Below, piece after piece: positions 36,283 to 47,462 of a DNA stretch of 64,000 nt. The number at the start of each line of letters is the position of its first letter. Position 1 is the first letter of the stretch. The position numbers and the translations under genes are program-made. The notes below the pieces were generated by a model. It made no database searches and had not been told where the DNA came from. It saw only the letters and a list, made by a program, of their open reading frames with translations. This stretch comes from Protoeuglena noctilucae (Eukaryota): the NCBI GenBank assembly GCA_958009085.1, contig OY253672.1, forward strand, positions 372,001 through 436,000, given 5' to 3'.

Positions 36283-36584
36283 GGCCCACCCCCGGTGCTT
36301 TTGCGGCCGAAAACCGGCGACGGGACCCTCCTGTCAACGGCGGCGCGGAAGCCAGGGCCACCGTGAATCGCGAAGGAACGCGGGGGACGGCGCTGGCGAC
36401 CCGAGAGGTGAGCTTCGCCGGCCGGGTCGTGCCCTGCCCGAAACGAGGCCCACTCTTTCGATTCTAATGGCAGGATTGGCCCTCCTTGCATCAATTGGCT
36501 AGCTTGGCGTTGCACCTGACGAGCTCTGTAGAACGGAGACTCCCAGGCCCTCCCGGCACCATCCTAAATTCCCTCGGTGGCGAG

Positions 36585-37480
36585 ATGGGCAGCCTGGCCG
36601 TCATCACCGGCGCGAACAAGGGCATTGGGCTCGTCCTGGCCCGGCACCTGCGCAACAAGGGCTACAGCGTCGTTGCCTCATGCCGCACGGCCTCGCACGA
36701 GCTCGACAACATCGGCAAGGTCGTCGAGGGCGTGGACGTCCGGTGCGTGCGAGGGGACGAGCTCGGGCGTCGTTTGCGGGTTTGCATTCCGCCGCAGGAC
36801 GCGTGCCGGCGCTTCGATCGCCTGCCAGGGACCCCGCGGGGGTCAACCGCCTCCGTGAGGCTGTGGGCGATGCCCAGGTGAACCTCCTCTTCTGCAACGC
36901 GGGCCTGATCGAGGCCGAGGAGGGCGGCTCTCTCGACGACATGGTGCGCGCCATCCCCGCCATTCGGGAGGAGTTCGAGACGAACGCCATGGGGCCCCTG
37001 CGCACCGTGCACGCCCTCAACTCCAACCTCAAGCCGGGGGCCTCCAAGGTCATCGTCATTGGCTCGTCCACGGGGTCGGTCGCCAAGGCCCAGTCCGGCT
37101 CGTTCATGCCCGGCACGCTGGGCTACTCGTGCACCAAGGCCGCCGAACACATGGTGGCGGTGCACATGAGCAAGGCCCTGGCCGAGCGCAACATCCCTCT
37201 GGGCATTGTCCACCCGGGGACGGTGCTCACCGACAACGCCCTCGAGTACCACCACCAGGACGAACAGGCGAGAGCGGGGCGACGGGCGACAGGCGGGGGC
37301 GAGCCGTGTGCTTGGGACGGCGCTTTATGGGGGGCCCTGCGCTTGCAGCTGGTCAAGGAGAAGGCGACGGACACCGACGAGAGCGTGGACGCCATCATTG
37401 ACATCGCCGAGCACAAGGTCAACATCGAGAACACGGGGACCTTCTGGGATGCTCGGGGCAAGGAGCCGCGGCCCTTCTAG
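36585..37480 (+). CDS. Short-chain dehydrogenase/reductase (CsgA/C-factor-like), 3 exons
   Basis: ITGANKGIG, CNAG, YSCTK (YxxxK), HPGTVLTD, TGTFWD. Confidence 0.9.
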
Positions 37481-37537
37481 GCGTGTCGGGCGCGGCCAGG
37501 CGTGCGCAACGCTTTGCTTGCAGCAACCTTGGCGGGC

Positions 37538-38351
37538 TTAGAAGGGCATGTCCACGTCATGGTCCATCTTGAAGCCGCGGCGAGGGCAGTCCGCGCAAGC
37601 CTGCATGGATCGGGAGGTGCGCGTTTCACCCCAGTTGAGCGCAGCACGCGACTCCTGCCCGGCCTGCCACACCCCTCGTGGTGCACGAGCCCGTTGGACT
37701 CCCCGCACCTGCGACATGGGGCGGCCGGGGTGGACGCACTTGGACTTCTTGGCGTCGACAGCAAACATGAGCACCTGCTGGAGCTGCATGCGGCCGCGCC
37801 GGGGGCAGTCGCCGCACGCCGACGACAGGGGCCGCGTCGGGTGCAGGCACTTGAACTTGCCCTCGTAGACCTCGAAGGACCGGGGAGCCACACCCGGCGC
37901 GGGCGCCGTGAAGGCCTGCGTGTGCGCACGCGTGTGCGCACGGATGGGAGCCACATCGATGGGCCCAGGATGCGCGCCGGGGAGCAAGGGGGCTGAGCGC
38001 CGTGGGTATGCTCGTCAAGAGGTATGCGTGAGGAAGCACGAGGCAATCGGCGATGTCCAAAAAGCGTTTGTGCACGTTGGATGGAGTGGTGAGGGACCAA
38101 AATCGCACGGACAAGAGGGGCTAGCGACGCGCGTCCCTGCCTCTCGCCATCACAGACGAAAACATAGCCAACGCGTTGGCAATGGCCTTGTATATCGCTC
38201 CCTAACGGGCAGGCCAAGGATGCCGCCTCTGTGCACCCTCCAACGCCCGGCCGCGATCGCCTCGCATCTCCCGCAGCTCGACTCTCACCTGAGACGAAGA
38301 GGCCGCTGTGGCGTTTGCCGAGCAGGCGCAGGAAGCGCGGATGGACGCCAT
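37538..38351 (-). CDS. Small (~110 aa) protein with two CxH-x7-CxxCPRRG repeats, putative metal binding
   Basis: Exons 38351-38289, 37915-37709, 37600-37538, all phase 0 with GT-AG; KCLHPTRPLSSACGDCPRRG and KCVHPGRPMSQ|ACADCPRRG. First exon less certain. Confidence 0.65.
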
Positions 38352-38741
38352 GGTTTTTCGTGGGGACGGGCGCGTCGGCACGACAGCAGCGAGGGGCTGA
38401 TCTCTCACGTCTCTCCAGCGACTCGTGCCCTCGACAGGCCCGGAAGCGTTGTGGGCCATCGCGTTTCACTGGCACTGCGACGCGGGGGCGGAGTTGGTCG
38501 TTCCAGGAAGCAGCCATGATCTCCCGTGTCGCGCATTGGCCAGGAGAGGTTGACGGGGGCACCGCGCTGCGCCACAGACATCGTCACATTGCGCACTCTC
38601 GCACTGCGCACGTTGCCGCTGGTCACTGCCCGCACCTTTAGGCATCAATTGTTGCCAAGTGCACAGCAGGGGTCCCATCGCATCGGAGCGGAGGTCAAGG
38701 GCCCAGCCTGGGCGTGGCGGCGACGCCGTGAGCGGGCCAAG

Positions 38742-39976
38742 ATGGGGGGTGCGCTGTCGTCCCTGGGGAAGCAGAAGGTGCACCTCCCCTACGGCGTACC
38801 CTCTCACTGCCGCACTGGCTTTCTAGAAGCCACTGACGCCCGCAAGGGGCAGCTGCCCTGCGCACCCCGCGGCTCGCCCTCCTTGCCCATTGTTGCCCGT
38901 CACGCGGTCAAACGCCGTGCTTCCCTGCCCGCTCGTTGGTCAGGAGCATCGCTGTTAACTCGTACTCTAAGCACGTGGAGGGTGGGCCGAAGCTGTTGCG
39001 CGGTCACGCCGCCGGGGCGCAGCATGCGGGGTCGCGCCATGTAACTCCCGCAGGCGCGCCCTCCGAGCCGGGTGCGGCGCGGCGTGCGCCTCTGTCCCCG
39101 ACCTTTGCACGTGCATCTTCCTGGCGCGCAGCTGAACGTGCTCGTCGTGGGTCTGGACAACTCGGGCAAGACGACGATCATCAACTCGATCAAGCCCTCC
39201 AAGTTCACGACGCAAGAGGTCGTCCCCACGGTCGGTTTCCAGGTCGAGCAGTTCTCCAAGGCGGGCCTGAACTTCACCATGTTCGACATGTCGGGCGCCG
39301 GCAAGTACCGCTCGCTGTGGGAGTCGTACTACAAGGACACGGAGGCCATCATCTTCGTGATCGACTCGGCGGACGAGCTCAGGTGCGACGGGCGCGGAAA
39401 CGATTCTTGCAAATCCCGCTGCGGGATGCGCCGCACCCGGGCCCCCTCGGGGAGGCGGGCGCGCACGCATGCAAGCACGGAGAGGGCGAGATATCGAAGC
39501 GTCGCGCGCCCTTGCAGGATGACGGTGGTGAAGGACGAGCTAAACTCCTTATTGATGCACAAGGACCTGCCATCGGGGGTGCCCGTCCTCTTCTTCGCGA
39601 ACAAGAAGGACCTGCCGACGTCAATGCCTCCCGGGTGCGCCCTATGCTCGCTGCCACGGCGCTTTTGCAGCCGCTATCGTTTCCATTCGATGACTCGTTG
39701 AGAATGGAGTGTCTCAGGGACGCATCGCTGCAGGACACGCGCAGGATGCTTGCAGCCACGTTGCTTTGCCCAAACCAAGACGGCAGATGGGCGTGTTTTG
39801 TGCCATCGCCGCTTGTGCCCCTGTGCTCCCGCAGGCACTGCGCCCAGGTGCTTCAGTTGGAAGAGATCCAGGACCGTCCCTGGCAGATCTGGCACTGCAA
39901 CGCGCTGACGGGGGAGGGCGTGGACGACGGGTTCGCGTGGCTGGCGGACACCGTGCGCAAAAGGCGCACCAAGTGA
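38742..39976 (+). CDS. ARL6: ADP-ribosylation factor-like GTPase 6 (BBS3), 4 exons
   Basis: MG start, GLDNSGKT, PTVGF, FDMSGAGKYR, FANKKD, NALTGEG; exons 38742-38777, 39132-39382, 39518-39634, 39835-39976. Confidence 0.92.
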
Positions 39977-40352
39977 CGGCAAGCTACGGAAATGACGATG
40001 TTGGGCGAAATGACGCCCGGCGACACTGCACGCCGACACAGCATGCTTGACAGCGAGCGGACGCACATGCGTGGTGCGTGAAGCGACGCTCGCGAGCCTG
40101 CCTGCTGTTGCGCTGCACCGTGCTCGACGGTCCTGGTGCCATCCGCCCCTCTCACTGCCTTTTCCTGTGCCGCTGTTCCGTCCCGCTGCCTTCCCCTAGC
40201 AACAGACCCCGCATCCCAGCGCGACCGCCCTCGCCAACGCCGCCACCCATTAATTCAACCATCTATCGACACCTTATCAACACCCAGGCAGTTCGGAACA
40301 ACAAGCGCTACCCTTGGTACCCGAGACACACATCCCCGAGGGCTGGATAAGC

Positions 40353-43300
40353 TCAGAGCAGCGCCGTCTCAGGCTCTTGCCCCTCTGCCCCACCCATGAC
40401 CCGCCTCACGGCCGCGTCCCTCCTCACGCGCCCCTCCACCAGCCGCCAGGCGTCCGCGGGCATCGCGGCGCGGATCGCGCTCACCGTCGCCTCTGCCCGC
40501 GCCCTCCTGGCCCTGGCCTCGTGCGCCGCTGCCACCGCACGCTCCCGCTCCGCTTGCGCCTCGCTCAGCTGCTCCACCAGCGCCTGGACCGTCCGCTGCC
40601 GCTCCTGCAGCTGACGTTCTAACGCGCCCCTCCCGGCCGCCAGCTCCAGGTGACCCCACGCCACACGCTCCTGGGAGAGACAGGAGGGTGCGTGGAGGGG
40701 TGAGTGGTGAGTGTTGAGGTGAGGGATTGAGTGGTAAGTGCTGTATACTGTGTGTGGAGTGTCGAGTGCTGAGGGTGGTTGTTCAGTGTTGATACACCAC
40801 TGTTACCCTAACCCTATTCCACAGCACATACCCACACCACCCCACCCCATCCAGGGAATGTCTCACCTCTTGGTCCGACAGCCTCCCCGCCATCTCCTCC
40901 ACCCGGCACCGCAGCAGCGTGGCCTCCTGCACCGCAGCCTCCCTCTCCTGCACCGCCCTGGCATGCAGCGCCTGCACCTCGGCCGCCCGCCCGCGCAGCG
41001 CCTCGCACTCGCGCTCCAGCGCCTGCACCGCCCCGCCCGAGTCGTCCGCGAGTTTTTTGCGCACCGACCGCTCCTCTTCTAAGGCAATGCGCAGCCGGGA
41101 CACCTCGGGCTCGAGCTCCAGCCGCACCGATGCCTGCAGGGGTAGGGTGAAGTGGGGTGGGGTTTCATGGTGGGTGTTGCAAGTACGCAGGGTGCGATGG
41201 GGGGGCACCTTTAACCTCCTCTCACCCACCCAAGCCACCTGCGCACCCCTCATATTTCATCCTCAGCTTCCTCACATCACCCACCCACCCACCACCCCAC
41301 CCCTCACCTCCCTCTCCCCCTCGGCCCTGGCCTCCCCCAGGGCCCTCTCGTGCGCGTCCTCCCTCGTGGCCCTCTCCGCCCTCGCCGCCGTCAGCTGCCC
41401 CTCCGCCGCCGCCAGGACGGTCTCCAAATCCGTGCATTTCACGCGCAATGCGTCCCTCTCCGTTCGCAATGCCTCCGCCTCGCCCCTCGCCCTCGCGCCC
41501 TCCTCCGCGGCCGTCGCGAGCCTCGCGGATCGCTCGTCCAGCTCCTCTAGGACACGCTCCAGCGCACGCTTGCACGAGACGTTCTCGCTCAACAGGCGGT
41601 CGCGCACCTCCTCGTACCTGGGGCAGCGAGGGTGGCGGGGTGGGGTGAGGGTGGCAATGGGGGTGGGGGTTGGGGTGGCTGGGAGGGTGGCAGTGGGGGT
41701 GGCAGTGAGCGTTGTGGCAGTGAGCATAGCAACAAACATCAAACCCCTCACCTGGCGACCGTGAGCTCCGATGCGTAGAGCACCAGAGCCTCCCTGGTCT
41801 CATCAGATACACGATCGCCCGTGACCAATGCGCCCGGTGCCGCCTCCACAATCGAAGTGCCAGCGGCATTGACAGCGGCAGTGGCATTGACAGCGGCAGT
41901 GGCGGTAGCATTGGCACTGGTGGTCGCTGACGGGGCGCCTTCGGTGTCGGTGGGGCGGGCGGGGGCCGAGGGGCGGTGGCCGCCGAGGAAGTCAGCGATG
42001 TACTGCGGGAGAGTGATGGGACGTGGAAGATTGAGAATATTATATAACAGTATGCATCTAGGACATCACCTTACACTTGCATCCACCGATGCACAACATC
42101 ACCCCACCCTCAACGCATGCACTAGTACTTCATCACCCCACACCCCACACGTCTCTCCCTCACCTTGGACGCGTCCAGTCTGGCGAACAGCGCCTCCTTG
42201 AAGGTCTCTGCCTTGGCCTGCTCCTCCTCCAGCAATGCTGACTGCTCCGCCACCGCCTCCAAGAGGCGCTTGTGGGCAGACTCGAGGAGCCTGATGGGGG
42301 GTAGAGGATGGTGGTTGGGTGGGTGGGTGAGGCTGAGAGTGTGAGTGGGGCCAAGGTGCACTCAGTCAGTGCAAATGCAGGAGTCCAAGCCGTGTGCCAT
42401 CGCTTAACATCCAGTCACCCCCTCACCTCCTCTCCTGATCTGACTTGTCCCTGGCAGCCACCGCTGCCTTGGCTTGTTCCTGTGCCTGTGCCTTTTCTAG
42501 GCCCAGCTGACCCGCACGGTCCTGGACGCGGCTGGGTGAGGGAGGGGGAGAAGAGGTGGGTGAGGGAGGGGAGGGGGAGAGTGGGCGAGAGCAATGAACG
42601 GTGAGTGAGGGGAGCAGAGGTTGGGACGGCACCCTCCATTACACATCATTTCTAAATTAAGATTAGTCACACACCCCATACTCCTGCATCCCTCACTTGA
42701 GCCTCTCCTCCGCCTCTCCCCCTTCATTCACACCCCCCTTTCATCACACCCCATCCCCACCCACCATCCCAGCCCTCCACTCACTTGAGCCTCTCCTCCG
42801 CCTCCCCCCTGGCCCTCCTCTCCACCTCCAGCGCCCTCTCGAGCCTCCCCACCTCCTCCCTCATCGCAGACTCCCCCTCCGCCAGCGCCGCGCGCGTCTT
42901 GCCCAGCACCGCCCCCATCTCCGACACGCGCTCGGCCGTGGTGCGGCGCAGGGACTCCAGCTCCGATCGCAGGGCGCGGCACTCGCGGTGGGACTCCAAG
43001 AGAGACTGGGTTGGGTGGGATGGGGGATGCTAAGAGTTAGTAGTGCTAATCAGCTGATCATGTGCTAGTGATGGAGGGTGAGGCACTCGCGGTGGGACTC
43101 CGAGAGGGACTGGGAGTAGGAGGAGATGGGGTAAAACAGTAAGTAGTGTTGATTATGGGCTTATGATAGGATGATGGGAGGGTGAGGCACTCGCGGTGGG
43201 AATCCAGAAGGGACTGGGGGGGTGGATGGGGGTTGGGTGATGGTGTCATGTAATGGTGTGCATGGTGTGTCTACATCAACCCTTGACACCCACTCATCCC

Positions 43301-46300
43301 TTCTCACCTGGTACAGGTCCCCCCCCCTCACGTACACGTCCTCCCCATCTACATCAACCCTTGACACGCGCCCACGCCCCCCCAGCGCCCCCCGCACCGC
43401 CCCCTCCACTTCGGAGGACAGAGACGCGTCGTCCGCGTCCCGGGATATCGCAGAGTCCATGCGCTGCACCTTCCGGCGGCGACCCACGGGGCCGCCCCAG
43501 TCGCGGTCTGCGAGAGGGCGGCGGGGAGGTGGGGTGGGTGTATGGGGATGTAGTATGAAGGAGGTGCAGCTGCGGTGTTTGTCTAGTGAGGAAGCGAGTC
43601 TGGGATACAACGTCTTGCGCCATTGCACCCCCAGGCATGTCTGCCCACTCCACCCCACAAGCCACTCGCTTGTTCAGCGCCCACCACCAACCCCACCCCT
43701 CGTTCCCCCACTCACCCGCCCCCCGCTCCCCCCTGCCCTCCTGGCTCACGCCGCTGTCCCTCCTCGCGCCCCGGCCCCCCTCCTCCCCCCCAAGCCCCTC
43801 CCCCCGTGCCACCATCGACGTCCGGCGCCTCAGCTGCGACGCCGGGCTTGGCTTCAATGTGGCCTGGATTGCACTGCGCGCCACCTCTCGCAGATACATC
43901 GGGAAGTCCTCCGCGTCCGCCTCCGAGAGACCCAGGCCCTGGGGAAGAGACGGGGCATTGGTTATTATCAATAACCATCGGTTAATTGTTGTCATGCAAT
44001 AGGTATCGGCACCGACCATCGTGGGGTCATTTACTGCGTGGTGCTAGTAGTGCCAGTGATGCACGTACCACCCCACCAGTGCATGCATGACCCAGCCCTA
44101 GGCTCACCCCATGCACTGCCACAACAAGCATTTCAACACCATCACCCATCGCCACCGCTCGCCCCACCCCATCCACCCCTCACCCCGAACGCCTGCTCAA
44201 ACGAGGCCAGGTACTCATACTGCCGCTCCTTCTCCCTCTTCCGCTCCATCTCGCGCTCAACGTCCCCCGTCCCAACCCGGGGCGCACCCTCGGCCTCCAC
44301 CACCACCCCCGCCCCCGCCACCGCCCCGCCCCGCCCGTCGCTCCCCGCCGCCGACCCCGCCTCGGACCCCGGACCCGGCTGGGACGCCGTTGACTCCGCG
44401 CGGACTGACACCCGTCCCTCGCCAGAAACGCGGCCGTCGTCCCCCGCCGCCAATGCCACCCCCCTCGCCCCGCGCTCGTCAAGCATCCCGTCCGCCTTGC
44501 GCACGTCTGCTCCATTGACACGAGCCCCGCTCGCATCGTCCCCGTCAGGCATGCGCCCTTCCACCCCGGCCCCGTCCGCACGACCGCCGCCCGTAGTACC
44601 ACCCTCCCTGCCCACGCGACCCCCACCCGTCTTATCCCCCATCGCCCTATCACCCTTATCCATCAATTCCCCGTCCACCGCCTCCGGCGACGCCAGGCGC
44701 ATCAGTGCCGCCAGGCTGTCCCGACTCAGGCCCTCGCTGTCAGGGTTCCGGGGGGACCCGTCGGCGTTCCTCGAAACTACGCTGTCCGCGCCGCGAGACG
44801 AGGACCCCTCGGGGCCCTGGGAGGAGGCCCGGGGCCGGCGCTCGGTCCCTGGGGCAGCCATGCGCATCGGGGTGGCACCCGGGCTGCCTGACGCAGACAC
44901 TGCCACCGCAAAGGTGGAGCTGGGAGGGGCCGGGGCCGCCGCGCTCGCCGCGGAGGGCGGCGGCGTGGGCGGGGCGCGGCGGGCGGGGGAAAAGGTCGAC
45001 ACCACCGCCCCTCTGCTAACTGCAGTGGCGGTGGTGGTGGCGGTGGCGGTAGCAGCTGGGGCGCTGGTCGCGGGGGCTGGGTCGGGAAGGGCCCGGGACG
45101 GTCGCCGAGAGACGCTCTGCTCCGAGAGAGCTGCGGCAGAGGGTCCGTGCGGGGGCAGCGCGGTGGGGGGGCCGACGTGCAGGGCGGGGTCGCCGGTGGA
45201 TGTCACCTCCCTGCCCTCGTCGAAGAACCGGACGCCCACGTTACTGTCAACGTCTGCGTCAGCGGTACCTGCGCTGTTACGTGCACCGTAGTTGGCGTCG
45301 GCGCCCGCATCGCCGCCCGCGCTGCCGTTTGCGCGAGGGCCGTTTGCCTCGAGGGAGGCACGCGGCCGTGGCCGGGGAGCCCCGTGGGCCGCGGGCCACG
45401 TGGCGGCGAGGGAGGGGGCTTGTATCGCCTCCCGCGGCTCGCCGTTCGCCGCAGCGTCCGCCACGGCAGCCACGACAGAGCCCTGATCCTGTCCCCCCTC
45501 GCCTTCCTCCTTTGGCAGCGCACGCACGGCTGCCTCGTGACCCACGCGCGCGTCGCCCGACCCTTGCGCGCCCGCGTTGCCATGGAACGCCGCGCTCGCC
45601 GGCGCAGGTGCGATGGGAGCATCATCTCCGTTGGCACCCCAGGGCCCCACCGGTCCACCCATGTGGTTGGACGTTACCCCACCCCACGCCTGCGCCTCGT
45701 AGCCCGGCTGGGGGCCGGGTGCAGCGTAGCGCTGCGGATGGTCGTGCTGGTGGTAGTGCACGGGCGGGTAGGCGGGATGCGCCGCGTGGGGGTCTGCCTG
45801 GATGGGCGGGCCGCGAAGGGGGGCGGGGGACAGGGGCAAGTCGTAGGGGAGACTGAGGACGTCGCGGGTGTGCTGCGGCGCCAGCGGGAGCGTCTCGGCG
45901 GCGTACGGGCCGCGATGGGAGGAGACGCGCGCGGTGCTGCGTGGAGAGGGACGAGAGGGTGACGGTGTGAGCAAAGAGCCATCGCAGCGAGGTGTTGGCA
46001 TGTGTCAACATGCGAGGGGGAGACGCGCACTCGCTCGCTTGGCATCGCTTGCGATGGGCGCCGTTTCCCATCGCCTCAGGCGCGTGAGGGCGGAGCAACA
46101 CAACACACAACGCCCATCGGCCACCCCTCACCTCGCGACCCCGGGTGCGTCCCCCGTCACGTGCCACGACGCCCGGCCCCAGTCGGGCTGCGGTAGGCCA
46201 GCGGCTGCATCGGACGGGCCGTAGGTCCGCGGGAAGTCGCGGGGCCAGAGGGCCGGGTCGGCAGCGGGGAGCGGGGCGTGGGCAGGCGCCGCGACGCGGA

Positions 46301-46510
46301 ACGGGGTGACCACGGACGGGCGAGGCGAGATGGGATCGGCGGAGGCCGTCGGAGGAGGAGGAGGAGGAGAGGGAGGTAGCGCGGGACCCGGAGAGGCGAG
46401 CGCGGGCTGCAACTGGCGGGCCGCGGGGCCTGCTCCCGGGTAGCGCGGAGGGGGCGGGCTGGGGTACTCCTGCAGGACCTCCCGCAGCCATTCGGGCACC
46501 TCATCGAGCC
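40353..46510 (-). CDS. Large multi-exon protein with low-complexity N-terminus and coiled-coil C-terminus, function unknown; 5' end not resolved
   Basis: Series of E/R/A-rich heptad exons (e.g. 40353-40670, 40866-41133, 41307-41597, 42785-43005) bounded by GT/AG, and a long exon ~44186-45960. Confidence 0.6.
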
Positions 46511-47395
46511 TGCGGAGAAAACACACTAAAGCAGGCCGTCGCGATTCAGCTCGGGGCGCGGTTCGCGTGCTGGGCGGGTTGAATGCTGTCAGCAGCTCAT
46601 GTCGACCCCTGATCCCCGCTGCGCGGAGCGCAATGCACATCGCCAAGCTCGCGATGGAGCGGCAATATGAGCACGTGCCGAGGAAAGGCTCGCGGTGTCG
46701 CGGAACGTGCGAAGCGGGCTCGGGACAAGTCCTCGAGTGTTCGAAGTCACCCAGCATCCCGCGCGGGTCCAGTTGCGCGGGAGACGGGTTGGATCGTTGC
46801 ACCCTTACCCACAAAATCACATGCAGCGCGGCAGGGTACCAGTGCACCGTTTGCCGCTGGGACATCACCTTACGGGGGCCGCAGAGGGGTACGCCGCGCC
46901 ATACGGCCCAACTCCTGACGCTGGGTCAGCGAAGCCGCGTCCCACGGCGCTCATGTTTGAGTCTCAGTCAAACCCAGTAATCATCCCTGCAAGGCTTGAG
47001 GAATTGCCTTTCCCTTTGTTGCTGGACTGGCACGGAGCCACAGTGCCCCGCGGGACTGGAGCGCGGGCTAGCTCAGAACTCTGGCAAGCATCGCAGATGC
47101 AGCGTCCCACCACGCGCTGCAGGACAGTCATTGCTGACGGCGGTGCTGGTACCACTTTCTGACTGCCCAGTCTGCGAACAGGTGAAGCCAGTTGGGCCGA
47201 AAAAGTGATACTCATATGCAGGGACGGAGACAAGGTTGCGTTGGACGCCTGAAAATGCATTCGTGAGCTGCAGGTGCCGTCCTTTGGGTGGGGTGGCCCT
47301 AGCGCCGGAAAAAGCCGACAATCCTTGCTCTTTCACACATCAGGACGCGACATCGACCAAAAAGTCGCGTCGGAGATCCCCTCGACAGCAGACGA

Positions 47396-47456
47396 TAGCG
47401 CGATTCGTGGAGTTGGTCGACGCGCCCTTAGCGCGATTCGTGGAGGTGGTCGTCGC
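47396..47456 (+). repeat. 28-nt imperfect direct repeat just upstream of the GH32 ATG
   Basis: 47396-47423 vs 47429-47456, 26/28 identical, 33-nt period. Confidence 0.85.
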
Positions 47457-47462
47457 ATCCCC

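Noticed and set aside
36585..37480. SDR as a trans-acting KR or tailoring enzyme of a PKS cluster
   Set aside because: Separated from the PKS by housekeeping genes (SDH1, RPL24); nothing in the sequence links them
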